Assembly: GCF_036365525.1 (NCBI RefSeq)
Contig: NC_090375.1
Coordinates: forward strand, 199,445,864-199,509,863
Length of the DNA stretch: 64,000 nucleotides
Direction: 5' to 3'
Source of the DNA: Heterodontus francisci
Lineage: Eukaryota
Positions 12,721 to 25,739 of the stretch are shown here, one piece after another; position 1 is the first letter of the stretch; every line of letters starts with the position of its first letter. Made by a program: the position numbers and the translations under genes. The notes under the pieces are model-generated. The model was not told the origin of the DNA, did not search any database, and was given only the letters and a program-made list of their open reading frames with translations.

Positions 12721-12984
12721 TCACCTATCCATGGCATCATCAGTCCCTACATTCCAACATGTCATGGTCAGCTCATTTACAGGAATGGATTCACATTAAA
12801 AGAAAAAGGCAGCAAACCCCATTAACTTGCTTTCTCACTACACAGATCATGAGGTGAAAGTAGCTGGAGACCCAGGCTAACACCACCTGATCTAGACCTA
12901 TGGGTCCACATAGGTACGTCTGCGACCGTTCTCAAAGATGACAGCCAGAGACTCCCATTTGTTGTGTGGATTGTGGAGCACAAA

Positions 12985-13400
12985 TGTCAGAGTTTGCATT
13001 TCTATAGCAGCTTTTACCGTCTCAGGACGTCCCAAAGTACTTTACAGCTAATGAAGTACTTTTTCAAATTTAGTTGCTGCTGTAATTAAGAAAAGTGGCT
13101 GTTAATTTGCTTGCAGCAAACTCCTACAAACATCAATAGATAAATAACCAGCTAATCTATTTTAGTGACGTTGGTTGAGGGATAAATATTGGCCAGGATA
13201 CCGGAGAGAACTCCCCTGCTCTTCCTCAAATAGTGCCATGGGATCTTTCACATCCACTTGACAGGGCAGATGGGCTCTCAATTTAAGGTCTCATCTGAAA
13301 GACGGCACCTCCGACAGTGCAGCACTCCCTCAGTACTGCACAGTGAGCGTCAGCTTGGATTAAATGTTCAAGTCTCTGATGTGCGTCTTGAACCCACGAA
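12985..13400 (-). mobile_element. Deu-domain (SacSINE1-like) SINE
   Basis: Contains ttggccaggataccggagagaactcccctgctcttc..aaatagtgccatgggatctt and gacagtgcagcactccctcagtactgcac; related copies at about 18100-18370, 22810-23000, 27190-27570, 37810-38230 and 57730-58110. Confidence 0.65.
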
Positions 13401-13953
13401 ATTTCTAAACTGTCAAACTTTTAGAAACTGAAAATAATCGCCGAGCTTCTCTGTAATGTTAGAGAGCGGGGTTGAAGAAAATATGAAGGACGGAAAGTGA
13501 GAAAAAAGATAAAAACAGAGAAAATGCGAAAGGGGGGAAAAGACAAATAAATACAGTCAGTAAGACAGGACAATAAGAACTCCAGTCATATGAGAGAGCG
13601 AAACGATTAAAAGCGAACTGTTGAAGCCAATAATGATTACAAACCTGCATTAATGGGAGTAAAAAGACAAGAGCGAGGCAGTAATTTAATTACTTCAATT
13701 TTGTATAAAAGGTGCACCGTCTGTAGTTTACAATAGGTTTGACCCACTGCGGCTCTCACCTCATGTATATCAATGGATAAACGCTTAACCATTGAGTAAA
13801 CAGCGGCGAAGCAATGATCCAGATCATGAACAGATCACGGTACCACCAGGAAGTGGAACCGCTTCACTCCGACTGCATCCGAGTTGCGAGTCATTTCCTG
13901 TTTAAGAATCTGGTTTAACAGAGCAAGTGCAACCTAATCTTCATTGCTGTACC

Positions 13954-14688
13954 ATGTTGTTCCACTGGTTGGTTATTGTGCTGATACTTTCCTCCAGTAA
14001 GTGTGCCAGGAATCATAGAATAGTTGCAGCACAGAAGGAGGCCATTCGGCCTGTCGTGTAGGTGCTGGCTTTCTGCAAAGAGCAATTCAGCTAGTCCTTC
14101 TCCCTCACCCTTTCCCCGTCGCCCTGCATTTTTTCCTTTTCAGGTGTTTATCCAATTTCCTTTTGAAAGTCACGATTGAATCTGCCTCCAGCACACTCTC
14201 AGGCAGTGCATTCCAGATCCGAACCACACACTGCGTGAATAAGCTGTCCCTCATGTCATGTTCGGTTCTTTTGCCACTCGCCTTAGTGTTCTCCGATTCT
14301 CGACCCTTACGCCAATGGGAACAGTTTCGCTCTATCGACTCTGTGATTTCTGCCTATCCTTCAAAACTATATGGCTTTTCTGTGTTTAATTTGCAGATGA
14401 ATATTTAGCCAAGGCTTTGAAGCAGTTTCCGATATCGATCACCAAGCCTAAGACTACAACGGTCAAAATACAATGTGTGACACAAGCCACGGAAACTATT
14501 CACTGGTACCAGCAGCAACCAAACCAGGAGCCTAGAAGAATAATCCGTTACAGCAACAGAGGAGCGGAGTTGGATCCTGGAATCTCAGCCAAATTCTCAG
14601 CTGAGAAGAGTGACTCTTCGTTCTTTCTTGTCATTGATAACATTGAACTGTCTGATTCTGCCATGTATTACTGTGCCTACTGGATCTC
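13954..14688 (+). CDS. TRGV: TCR gamma V segment 3 (leader exon 13954-13996, V exon 14397-14688), functional
   Basis: Leader MLFHWLVIVLILSS|GTAAGT. The 400-nt intron is enlarged by a CR1 3'-end fragment. V domain VKIQC..IHWYQQQPNQ..DSAMYYCAYWI. Confidence 0.95.
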
Positions 14689-14727
14689 CACAGTGAGAAA
14701 CAACAGCAGAAGCCCATTACAAAAACC
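14689..14727 (+). other. 23-RSS (V3)
   Basis: CACAGTG-23-ACAAAAACC. Confidence 0.97.
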
Positions 14728-15480
14728 CCCAGGGCTCCCCGCTGCTCAGCGCAGTCACACAAGTTCCCAGAGCAAAGGAGATTCAAAGTCTGATTGCGTG
14801 AAATTCCAAATTGCAAAAGCAATACAGGAAGTATCTTTTATTTCAACAGTTAAAGCACAAACAACTGTAATTGTGTTTTTAAAATCCGGGGATGCGTATG
14901 GATAAAGGGAAAGGGGAATATCTTTCAGAAACAGTTTATCAGTCATTTCATTCACTGAAGCGCGACTTTTGTTACACGGTTGGTGAATCTGTGAATCTTT
15001 GCGACATATTTTCCATTTAGTTTCGGTTATGGATTTAAATTGGAGACCAAGTTTTTTTTTAAAAAAAAGGTTCCTTCTCACCATGTGACGATGAGGCTGC
15101 CAATGCTTTTTGATCTGTTTCTGAGAATTCTTACTTTCAAAAGAAGAAAACATCTTTAATATCAAAGGATACCAAATATAATCGATGCATCACTAATCAA
15201 TCAACAATCAATCATTAATCAATTAATCACTAATCACAGCTTCCGTGCTCGCTTTAACATTGGTGACAACTGGACTCCAGGCGCGGGACACAACACAACT
15301 CCCACACACCAGGACAATGTCCCTCTGCAATTCCTTATTCTCAATTTCCCAATGATCCCTCGCCGTCTCCCTGATAAGCGATGCTCACAATTCACAAACA
15401 ATCCTTCATTTCTTCTATTTTCGAACAGATATAAAAAAATCACTCGTAGATTTCCGTTCATTTTTCTGATTGTTAATGGC

Positions 15481-16226
15481 GCATGGGTAAGGCTTCCACT
15501 GCTATGTTCAGACTGGCCAAGAGAGTGTGGGAAAATGGCGCACTGACACGGAACACAAAAGTCCGAGTGTATCAGGCCTGTGTCCTCAGCACCTTGCTCT
15601 ACGGCAGCGAGGCCTGGACAACGTATGCCAGCCAAGAGCGACGTCTCAATTCATTCCATCTTCGCTGCCTTCGGAGAATACTTGGCATCAGGTGGCAGGA
15701 CTATATCTCCAACACAGAAGTCCTTGAAGCGGCCAACATCCCCAGCTTATACACACTACTGAGTCAGCGGCGCTTGAGATGGCTTGGCCATGTGAGCCGC
15801 ATGGAAGATGGCAGGATCCCCAAAGACACATTGTCCAGCGAGCTCGCCACTGGTATCAGACCCACCGGCCGTCCATGTCTCCGTTATAAAGACGTCTGCA
15901 AACGCGACATGAAATCGTGTGACATTGATCACAAGTCGTGGGAGTCAGTTGCCAGCATTCGCCAGAGCTGGCGGGCAGCCATAAAGACAGGGCTAAATTG
16001 TGGCGAGTCGAAGAGACTTAGTAGTTGGCAGGAAAAAAGACAGAGGCGCAAGGGGAGAGCCAACTGTGCAACAGCCCCAACAAACAAATTTCTCTGCAGC
16101 ACCTGTGGAAGAGCCTGTTACTCCAGAATTGGCCTTTATAGCCACTCCAGGCGCTGCTTCACAAACCACTGACCACCTCCAGGCGCGTATCCATTGTCTC
16201 TCGAGATAAGGAGGCCCAAAAGAAGA
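15481..16226 (+). mobile_element. 5'-truncated RTE-clade LINE with intact ORF C-terminus
   Basis: Uninterrupted ORF 15483-16172: TKVRVYQACVLSTLLYGSEAW..RRLRWLGHVSRMEDGRIPK.. plus terminal CxxC..H zinc-finger-like motif; short (AAG)n tail. Confidence 0.88.
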
Positions 16227-16539
16227 ATGACAGCTAGTTTATTTTCTGCTCCTCTTCAAAAAGTATTTCATTGGCTGTAAAGCGATTCGAATCGTTCGGT
16301 GGTCGTGAAAGGCGCTATAAAAATGCAAATCTCTTCCTTTATAATAGTTTACAGTAGAATAAACGGACACAGTGAAAAGAATGATATCATTCCTTATTTT
16401 CAACTTTCTTTGGAAAGTCCTGCATTAAAACGAAAACGCGGCCTATAATTGATCAATGGAATCGTTGTATTGAATTCTCACGTGTACATTTCATGAAGCA
16501 GCGCATTACACACATTGTAAAAGGTCCAGGTTCATGTTT

Positions 16540-17140
16540 ATATTTCGTAAAAGTTGCAATGGTTAGGCGAATTGTTATAACCAGTTTTGAGCAAGTTCGC
16601 CACATACACAGTGAAGAATTCCTTCACAGTTGCAAAGACCATACATGACTTGTATATCGATATCAATGCCGTGTCCATGTGCTCACTTGACATTGTTAGC
16701 CTATTCAACAATGTACCACTTAAGCAAGCCGAAGATATTTGCGCTGCAGCACTATATCATGGTGATCTAGCCCCACGGCAATTGCATGAATCAGTATTCA
16801 TTAAACTTATGAACTCGGCAACTCGCCCAGTCCAGTTCAGTTTTAACGACACCATGTATGCCCAAATAGATGGTGTTGCCATGGGATCCCCTCCAGGCCC
16901 AGCTCTTGCTTTTTTGGGTTTCATGAGAAAGGTGTCTTTGAGGGAATGACACTTAACCTCCTACCTCTTACATATTTCTGACATGTACATGATACGTCTG
17001 CTGTATTTGAATCCGCAACTGCATGCAATAATTTCGTTTATAGGCTCCATCCGGCGGTCAAATTCACTTTTGAAATGGAGCAGTCAAATGTGCTCCCTTT
17101 CCTTGAAGTACTAGTTGAGAAATCTGTTGAGGGGCGCTCT
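16540..17140 (+). mobile_element. Penelope-like RT fragment (second family)
   Basis: ORF 16587-16949 SLDIVSLFNNVP..FSFNDTMYAQIDGVAMGSP and 17075 MEQSNVLPFLEVLVEK are typical PLE RT motifs. Confidence 0.82.
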
Positions 17141-18379
17141 ACCACGCAAAATAACGTCTTGGCTTCCATGGTTACGGGAGGTGGTCTCACCCCCAACTTT
17201 CAAGCGCGAAATTCCGGTCATTGTGTGGGTTCCTGTGCGGGAGGGGGAAGGCCAAGATTCCCTTCAAGATTGGATCCCAGACTGTCTGACATGTTTCCAG
17301 TTCCAGGGGTAGGCTGAGCATCACCCATTTGGATCTACGTTTGTTTTACCCAGGCTGTTCAGGCCTGTGGGTGGGGGTGGGGTGAATGGCTGGTGTGATA
17401 TTGAGCTTGTTACATCTGTCACTGTACCACCCCTATCTGGGAAATGGAATCAGCCTGCAAGTGGATACAGGTGCGTGGGACAAACCAGCGCACCCACTTG
17501 TGAGGGGCATCGGGGCAATTGCGGGATTTGGACCAGGGATGTAAGAGCCCACTAGTTGTTCTGATGGGAACAAAGAGCGAAGCAGCTGTATTACTCTGCC
17601 TGCTATCATTTGGAAATTGTACATATAGTCTTTCAAACATGTTCTTTATTGCCTGATTGATAGTGAATCGGAGCGTAGACTAAAATCTGAAGATGAACAC
17701 AGATGTAGATGAGCACCTGCTGTTTGAAATGGGTGGTTTCCGAGCTGCGAGATTGGCGTCAATGGTTATACTAGGAAAGGCGAGGGCTCATCAGTGAACA
17801 ATGCAGGATATAAAGCTGGGTAGATCTTCAGAAGTTTTGTTTAATTTAACTTTGGACAGCAGAGTGAAACTTCGCAGAATATTTCCTCAGCAGGTGACAG
17901 ACTTGATCGAGCAGAGTACAGAGCAGGTTTTATATAGTTTTAGAAGGATTGGGCTTCGTGGGCCAGGCGGCTTTATACTTCTTTTAGCAGATGTGAGGCT
18001 GATTCTTTTATGACTTTGAAGCGTTTGAATGATCTGTTCCGCTTTAACTGTGGATCTGGATAGTCTGGCTAGCTAGGGCAGATTAAAGGATAGAAAGAAG
18101 AAATAACTTACATTTGTGTAGCATCTTTCAGGAACTCGAGACTTCCCAAAGTTTTCACGGTTATTCAAGTGTTGCAATCCTTGGATATGCAGCAGCCAAT
18201 TTACACACAGCAATATCCCTTATACAGCAATAAGCTAAGTACCAAAAATGATCTTTTTTAGTGCCGTTGGCTGGGGCTAAATATTGGTCCGGACTCCGGG
18301 AAAACTTCGTTGCTTTCCTTGTACAGGGCCGTGTATTGATTTACATTCACCTCAGATGGTAGATAGGGTCCCAGGTTAA

Positions 18380-18832
18380 AATAAAGAGATGAAGAGAGGA
18401 AAGGAAAGAAGTAGCGAGATATAGAGAGTGAAAGACAGAAAGTGAGAGAGAAATCGAGTGAAAGAGAGAAATATAAAAACAGAAAAAGAGAGAATGAAAG
18501 AGAGAAATAGAGAGGAGAGAGAGCAAAACAGAGAGAGAATGAGAGGCAAAGAGAAATAGAGAGAGTAAGAAAGAAAGCGGGATAGAAAAGAGAGATAGAG
18601 GTTAAGAGAGAGGAAGAGGGAGAAAGAGGGCAGGATAGAGAAGGAGAGAAAGGGTGAAGTGAGAGAAAATGAGAGGGTGAGAGAGAAAGAGTGGGAGAGG
18701 GCAGGAGGGAAAGAAAGAGGATAGAGGAAAGAGAAAGAAAGATAAAGGGTAGAATGAGAGAAGGGGAGACAGAAAGTAAGAATGGAAGGAAGAAACAGAG
18801 ATAGAAAGAGACAAAGAAAGATAAATAAAGAA
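18380..18832 (+). repeat. Polypurine (GA/AGAA) low-complexity tract
   Basis: About 450 nt composed almost exclusively of A and G. Confidence 0.95.
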
Positions 18833-19009
18833 CTACACATTTGGTAGGAACAATGGGTCATGTGTTTATTGCATGAATGGTTTTGAAAAGCCAAGGATGA
18901 CGTTGAAGGAGACCAAGGAGTCTCAGGAAACTCGATGTTCAACAGGTCCAAACAACACAGAGCAGCAATCAACAAAGACAATAGAAAGTTCATCTCCAAT
19001 ATTCAAATC

Positions 19010-19450
19010 AGTGACTGCAAGTTAGAGGAGGTAATGGGTAAACTATAAAGGGCTTTGGGCAGACCACATTGATGAAATTTCCCACCTCTGTCTCCCAGAC
19101 ACACAGGAGACAATGTGCTGGAGACAGTGCAGAAAGGTGTCAAAAGGTTGGTCCTATTGTCAGGGGTTTGAGTTATGGACAAAGATTGAAGAGATTTGGA
19201 CTCTTGGTTCTGGTGAGAAAGTGTCTGAGAGATTTTCTTAAAGGTGTGTAAGATTGTTACCGGAATGGAAGAGGGAGATCTGTAATGTTACTTTCATTTA
19301 AACTGTAGGAATAGGACAAGGAAACACAGGGCAACCCAGTAGAAGGAAACTCTAGGGCGAGATCAGAAAGCTGGTCACCCAGCGAGTGATCAACGCTTGG
19401 AATGGACTCCAGGGCAGCGTGGTTGAGATGAAAGCCTGTTTTAATGAAAC
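19010..19450 (+). mobile_element. Old CR1 LINE 3' fragment
   Basis: GLSYGQRLKRFGLLVLVRKCLRD remnant (19069-19251). Confidence 0.6.
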
Positions 19451-19615
19451 AGTGAATAACAAGATGAAACGTCACAGCCACCAAATGGAAACGCCACACT
19501 TGAGGCCACATGGAAATTCAGCAATGGGTGAAACTGATTGACAATTTCCGGTATCTCAGCGTCCCATTAACAGGTATTTGTAAACCTGGATCAGTTCTGT
19601 GTTGGGTACACAAAC

Positions 19616-20060
19616 ATGAAGGGTCAAGTCATTGTGATTTTACTCATCACCTTCCTCGGTCAGTATTTTAGGTTCTAACTGATTATTTTTATTAATCTCT
19701 CGCCTCCGCTTTGTGAAATATTCTAATTGATTTCTATTCTTCTCTCTTGCAGGGAAATCTGTTGCACAAACCTTGACACAGTCCCCATTTTCGATGACCA
19801 GAGCTCCGACGAAAACTGTACGGTTTTACTGTAAGGTTGAAGGGACAGATTTCGAAAATGCCGTTATCCACTGGTACCGGCAGATCCCGGGTCAGGGGCT
19901 GCAACGCATGTTATATTTTAAGAATCCATCCGACACTATGCAGGATATGACCGACAAAGAAATTTTTGCTGAAAAAGAATCCAAAACTAAATCCTGCACC
20001 CTGCTCATGAGGAATATCCAGGAGGATGACGCTGGGACCTATTACTGTGCCTGCTGGCAC
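19616..20060 (+). CDS. TRGV: TCR gamma V segment 4 (leader exon 19616-19658, V exon 19753-20060), functional
   Basis: Leader MKGQVIVILLITFL|GTCAGT. V domain RFYCKVEGTDFENAVIHWYRQ..DAGTYYCACWH with the TRGV-typical IHWYRQ and YYCACW motifs. Confidence 0.96.
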
Positions 20061-20099
20061 CACAGTGACTAAAATCGAAGGGAAATTCATACAAAAACC
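20061..20099 (+). other. 23-RSS (V4)
   Basis: CACAGTG-23-ACAAAAACC. Confidence 0.97.
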
Positions 20100-20399
20100 G
20101 AACCTGCACGAACACCATCATGCTCAGTCTGTGCAAGCTGTTCACATACAAACCACAGGTGTAGCGTTTGGAGATTTCCACGAGCTTTTAATTCATAGTG
20201 TGCTGGGTAAATAGCTCGGTATTTTCACAATGTTATTTGCATAATATTTTTGAACTGGGATGAATAAAATTGATTTGCTAACTCAATGAGACAGTATGAC
20301 AGATCTGTCTTTATTCTATAAATGGATATAACAATTCACTTACTGTTTAAACTAACAGTCCCTTTATCACATTCTAGAAAGCCGCTGTAAGTTTCAAAG

Positions 20400-20605
20400 C
20401 GGGTTTGGCAGCATCTGTGTCGAGAGAAACCGAGTTAACGTTTCCGGTCTGTGATCTTTCATAAAAACATTGTTCTGATGAAACGTCACAGAGATGAAAC
20501 GTTAACTCTGTTTCTCTCTACACAGATGCTGTCAGACCTGCTGAGTATTTCGGGCACTTTCTGTTCGCATTTCCGGGTTCCAGCATCCGCAGTATTTTGC
20601 TCTTA
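20400..20605. mobile_element. Palindromic (inverted-arm) Penelope-terminus-derived element
   Basis: ggcagcatctgtg..gagttaacgtttc and gaaacgttaactctg..cacagatgctg arms are reverse complements. Confidence 0.75.
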
Positions 20606-21179
20606 TCTAAGTTTCAACGTCTCCAGTGGCCGCACGGTCCTTTAAGAAAAAATTACCTCAACCATCAAACCAACGCTAATGATATTTTCAATCACGGTCC
20701 TGTCATTAGAAATTAGGAATTGGAGTAGGTCAGTCAGCTCTTCGAGCCTGTTCCACTGTTCAATGAAATCTTGACTGATCTGTGATCTAACTCCATGTAC
20801 CCAACTCGGCCCCATATCCTGTAACCAGGAAGGTTAGCATGATGTTACTGGACTCGTAATCCAGAGGCCTGGCCATTAAGGCAGCTGAGGGAATTTAAAG
20901 TCATTTACATGAAATATAGAATCAACAGCTAGTCTCAGTAATGGCGACCATGAAAGTACTGGTTTGTCTTAAAACACCATCTGGTTCACTAATGTCTTTA
21001 GGGAAGGAAATCTGCTGTTCTTACCCTGCTCTGGCTTATATGTGACTCCAGACTCACAACAATGTGGTTGTCTGTTAACAGCCCTCTGAAATGGCTGAGC
21101 AGTTGTATCAAACCACTATGAAAAATCAAATAAAAATAAAACAGGACGAACCACCTGCCATCGACCTGGGCATCATATA

Positions 21180-22700
21180 TGACAAAGGCGAAACCTGTAA
21201 AGTCTTATTCACTAAGATCTAGGGACTTTTGCCAAAATTGGGAGAGCTGTACTACAGCCCAACAGACTGACATAGTCATACTCACAGAATCATACCTTTC
21301 AGCCAATGTCCCAGACTCCACCATCACTATCCCTGGGTATGCCCTGACCCATCAGCAGGACAGACTCATCAGAGGTAATGGCATAGTGGTATGTAGTCCA
21401 GAGGGGGCGGCCCTCGGAGTCCTCAACATTTGACTCTGCACCTTGTGAATCTGCTCAATCACCGGTAAGGAAACCTCCTGCTCATTACCACCTACAGCCC
21501 TGCCTCAGCTGATGAATCAGTGTTCCTCCATGTTGAACGCCACTTGGAAAATACACTGAAGGTAGCAAGGGCACAAAATGTACTCTGGGTGGGCGACGTC
21601 AATGTCCATCACTGGGTAGCACCACTACTGACCTAGGTGGCTGAGTCCTGAAGGGCATATATGCCAGACAGGGCCTGCGGCAGGAGTGTACCAATATGAG
21701 GAAAAATCTTATTGACCAGGTACTCACCAATCTAACTGTCGCTGATGTATCTGTCCATGACAGTATTGATAGGAGTGACAATTGCACAGTCCGGTGGAGG
21801 CAAATTTCTGTCTTCACACAGAGGACATCTCCGTTATGTTGTGGAGTACTACTACCACGCTGAATTGGATAGATTCAGATCGGATGTAGCAGCTCAAACA
21901 TTGATTATGGCCCAGAATATTCCTCACATTATCACTACATTCAAGTCAAGGGGCCAGCCTTGGTTCAATGAGGAGTGTAGGAGAGCATGCCAGGAACAAC
22001 ACCAAGTATATCTAAAATGATGTACCATGCTGGTGAAACTTCAAAACAGGACTACAAACATGCTGAATAGTGGAAGAAGATGCTATAATTAGAGTTAAGT
22101 GACCCCACAACCAAAATATTAGAGCAATGCTCTGCAGTCCTGCCATATCCAATGGTGAACAGTGATGGACGGTTTAAGAACTAGCGAGAGATCCACATAG
22201 CAACCCCACGAAATTCCCAGAATGAATTGTGGCAGAGGGCGGCCAGCACATCAGCACAAAAGACAATACTGAAGCATTTGTTTCCCTCTTCAGCCAGAAG
22301 TGCCCAGTGGATAATCCATCTCAGCCTTCTCCTGCAGTCTCCAGCATCACAGATGCCAATCTTCAGCCAAATCAATTCATTGGATGCGATATCAAGAAAT
22401 TGCTGAGTACACGGGACACAGCATAGACCACGGTTCTGGCATCATCTTGGCTGCAGTTGTGAAGACTTGTGCTCCAGAACTAGCCACACTCCTAGCCAAG
22501 CTGCTCCAGTGCAGCTACAGCACTCTAATCAACCCAACAATGTGGAAAATTGCCTAGGTAAGTCCAGTGCACAAAAAACAGGACAAATACAATGCAGCCA
22601 ATTACTGCTCCATCAGTCTACTCCGATCATCAGCAAAGGGATGGAAGGTGTTGTCAACAGTGCTATTATGCAGCACTTACTCAGCAATAACCTGCTTGGA
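21180..22700 (+). mobile_element. CR1-superfamily LINE ORF2 remnant (APE endonuclease and pre-RT)
   Basis: DIVILTESYL..IPGY..QDR..GNGIVV (21179-21433), PWFNEECRRA (21745-22020), HKKQDK..NYCSISLL (22567). Confidence 0.82.
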
Positions 22701-23169
22701 ACTGTTGAATGGCCTTGACCCAAAACGTTATCTCTGTTTCTATCTCCACAGATGTTGTCTGAGCTGCTGTGTATTTCGAGCATTTTCTGTTTTAGTTGCA
22801 TTGTAATAGCTCCCCTGCTCTTCTTCAAAATAGTGCCATGGGATGTTTTATGTACACCTGAGAGGGTACACGGGCCTTGGTACTGCAGTACTGCACTATA
22901 GTGTCAGTCTGGATTTTTGTGCTTAAGTCCTGGATTGAGACTTAAAACCACAACCTTCTGATTCAGAGGCAAAAGTGCTTCCAGCTGAGCCACAGCTGAC
23001 ACAGTCCCTATGACTCCAGGGGCTTAAGGGCATGGCACAGACTCCAGGAGCATGAGGGATGGCACTGCAGGATCCCCAATGTCTTCTGACTCCCTACACT
23101 TTAACCGACAACCTTCAATCCCCAGTTTGACCAACATTTAATCCTCTCTGCTGCAATAAAATATCTGCG

Positions 23170-23575
23170 CAGTTTTTTCTGTAATATCCTGCTGATTCCT
23201 CATCCATCACCTCTGTAATCTTCTCCAACCCTACAATCCTCCCCATCTCAGTAACCTCTTCCACTCCCTATACCCCTCCCTATCACTGTAATCTCCTCCA
23301 GCCCCTGCAACCCTGCCTATCTCTGCAGCTTCCTCCAGGTTCAGCCATGTAGGCCTAAGCTCAGTAATTCCCTCCATAAACCTCTCCACTTCTCTACCTC
23401 TCTCTCCTCCTTTAAAACTCTCCTTCGAACCTGTCACATTGACCAAGCTTTGGGCCATCTGTCCTAATATCTGATATTCTGTCAAATTTAGTCTGTTAAT
23501 GTTCCTATGAAGTGTCTTGGGATGTTTTCCTACATTAAATGTGCTACTTCATTGCAATTTATTGAAGTTGTTGTT
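23170..23575 (+). mobile_element. L2-like LINE 3' end
   Basis: ttcagccatgtaggcctaagctc..aattccctccataaacctctc..cctcctttaaaactctcctt, typical of L2 3' regions; recognised by eye. Confidence 0.5.
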
Positions 23576-24159
23576 CAATTTATATCGTTTGGACCCGATC
23601 TGAGCTCCCAATTTAAGTAAATAGCTACAAGCAGCAGCTTCCAAGATAAAACTCCCTGGGATGTCGTTTTCTCCCTGAAAAGCGCTCCTGGGTATCAATC
23701 CAAGAAGAACACACATCGGTCAACCCTGGTTTCCGTGGTTATTTGATGAGCTGCGTCTGTTTTGAGCCTGTAAGCTGCTGTCCAACGTAATTCTGATGAA
23801 AGGCCATCCACCCGAAATGTTAACTCTGTTTCTTTCTCCACAGATACTGCCTGACCTGCTGTTTGTATTTCAGATTTCACTAAATATGGTGCGGGGTCTT
23901 CTCAGCAGCTGGGACTATTTCCCAAATAGAGTGTGCATTAGGAAAGTGCTGTTAATTGAGGTAAATCAATAATAAAAACAATGCATTTAAACAGCGCCTT
24001 TAATGCCTCCAATAGGAAAATGCCTCCAAGCTCATCGTCGGAGCATATTCTGACAAAAATGGACTAAAGACTCAATAAAGTGACCAAACATTTGACTGAA
24101 GAGGTGGGGTTTCTTAAGGGAGAAGAATGGTGGAGAGGTGGAGGGTTCTGGGCGGTAAT

Positions 24160-24466
24160 TTTAGTTTAGTTTAGTGATACAGCACTGAAACAGGCCCTTC
24201 GGCCCACCGAGTCTGTGCCGAGCATCAACCACCCATTTATACTAATCCTACACTAATTCCATATTCCTACCACATCCCCACCTGTTCCTATATTTCCCTA
24301 CCACCTACCTATACTAGGGACAATTTATAATGGCCAATTAACCTATCAACCAGCAAGTCTTTGGCATGTGGGAAGAAACCGGAGCACCCGGACGAAACCC
24401 ACGCAGCCCCACGCCGGGTCGCTGCAGCTGTGAGGTTGCGGTGCTAACCACTGCACCACTGTGCCG
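24160..24466 (-). mobile_element. HE1-like SINE (internally deleted)
   Basis: Matches 40512-40869 apart from a central deletion. Confidence 0.85.
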
Positions 24467-25273
24467 CATTGGACCCAGATGGTGGGTCCTCAATGGTGAG
24501 GCAAACGTAGAACGATCTGGAATATTCAGCCGTAGCTACAATTACTGCTTTTGTGTACCGCGTGGTTTGAAATCGCGCTTTCAGAATTGGTGGTGGTTTC
24601 TAACAGCGACAATATCAGTCAGTTTTGGTAAACACTTTACAGCTAGGAAATTCCTTCAAGCGCTTTTGTGTCCACAATGTAATGGTGATCAGGAGAACAA
24701 AGGGAATGTCAGATTGCATTGGGATGGAGCTCCTGACCCATCAATATTTCAACCACAGGCCCAATCTCAGCTACCTGGGAATCTGGATGACACGATCACA
24801 GTGATCATTAGCTTTCTTGAATCGCTGCAGTGTGTGTGCTGAAGGTACCCCCACAGTGCTGTCACGCAGGGAGTTCTAGGATTTTGAAACAGTGTAGGAA
24901 TGTCCAAGTCAACCGGTGTGTGGCTGAGAGGTGAAGTGCGTTTGCTGCCCCTGTCTTTCAGGGTGAAAGTCGCTGGTTTGATCACCTTGTATCGCAATGT
25001 TCAATATACGAGGGCAATATCGAACGAAATTTTGCTTTTCTAATTCCTCTGAAAACGTTTTTGTCTATTTCATTCGAGCTTTCATATCACATAATGCATG
25101 TAACATTAGAAGTCTGACTGAAAGGCGTGACTTGTGTCAGATGCTACATATCTACCAGTAGAGAGCAGTATGAACAGGAAGTCGAGTCACACGTGGAATG
25201 TTGTGTTAGAGTCATTGCCCTATATATTTTATCCAGATGTTAATACAAGTGTCTCACACCTCAGACAGACAAC

Positions 25274-25700
25274 ATGTTGCTGTGTTGGGTTGTTTTCGTG
25301 ACATTTTTTCCACGTAAATAGATTTATTCTTTAAGTACGTTTTATTTGTTTTCTTCAGACTGTAAAACTATTTGTAATTTGGTATTTCTTTCCCCACAGA
25401 TGGATGTTTTGCTCAGGATTTGAAACAGAAACAACTGTCAGTCACCGTGGGAACGGGCAGAAGTCGTGCAATTACGTGTGAGCTGGGTGAATCAGTCAGT
25501 GCTTCCGTTATCCATTGGTACAAACAGGCAGCCGGACAGCAGCCCGTTCGGATTCTCTACTACGATGGGAGCGTTCGTCGGGATAACGGATTCGATAAAA
25601 GGTTTTCAGCAGTGAAGGGTGGAGACAAACAATACGCTCTACGTATTAGCGATCTAAAGGCAGAAGATGCCGCCACTTATTACTGTGCCTATTGGAAACA
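25274..25700 (+). CDS. TRGV: TCR gamma V segment 5 (leader exon 25274-25313, V exon 25400-25700), functional
   Basis: Leader MLLCWVVFVTFFP|GTAAAT; V domain RAITC..VIHWYKQAAGQQP..DAATYYCAYWK. Confidence 0.95.
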
Positions 25701-25739
25701 CACAGAGCTAAACAGCAATTCAATCCGCTTACAAAAACC
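25701..25739 (+). other. 23-RSS (V5)
   Basis: CACAGAG-23-ACAAAAACC. Confidence 0.95.

Noticed and set aside
16607-16640. Orphan RSS (CACAGTG...GCAAAGACC)
   Set aside because: The spacer is neither 12 nor 23 nt and it lies inside a Penelope RT remnant.
18376-18999. 207-aa hydrophobic ORF on the minus strand
   Set aside because: Translation of the GA-rich low-complexity tract.
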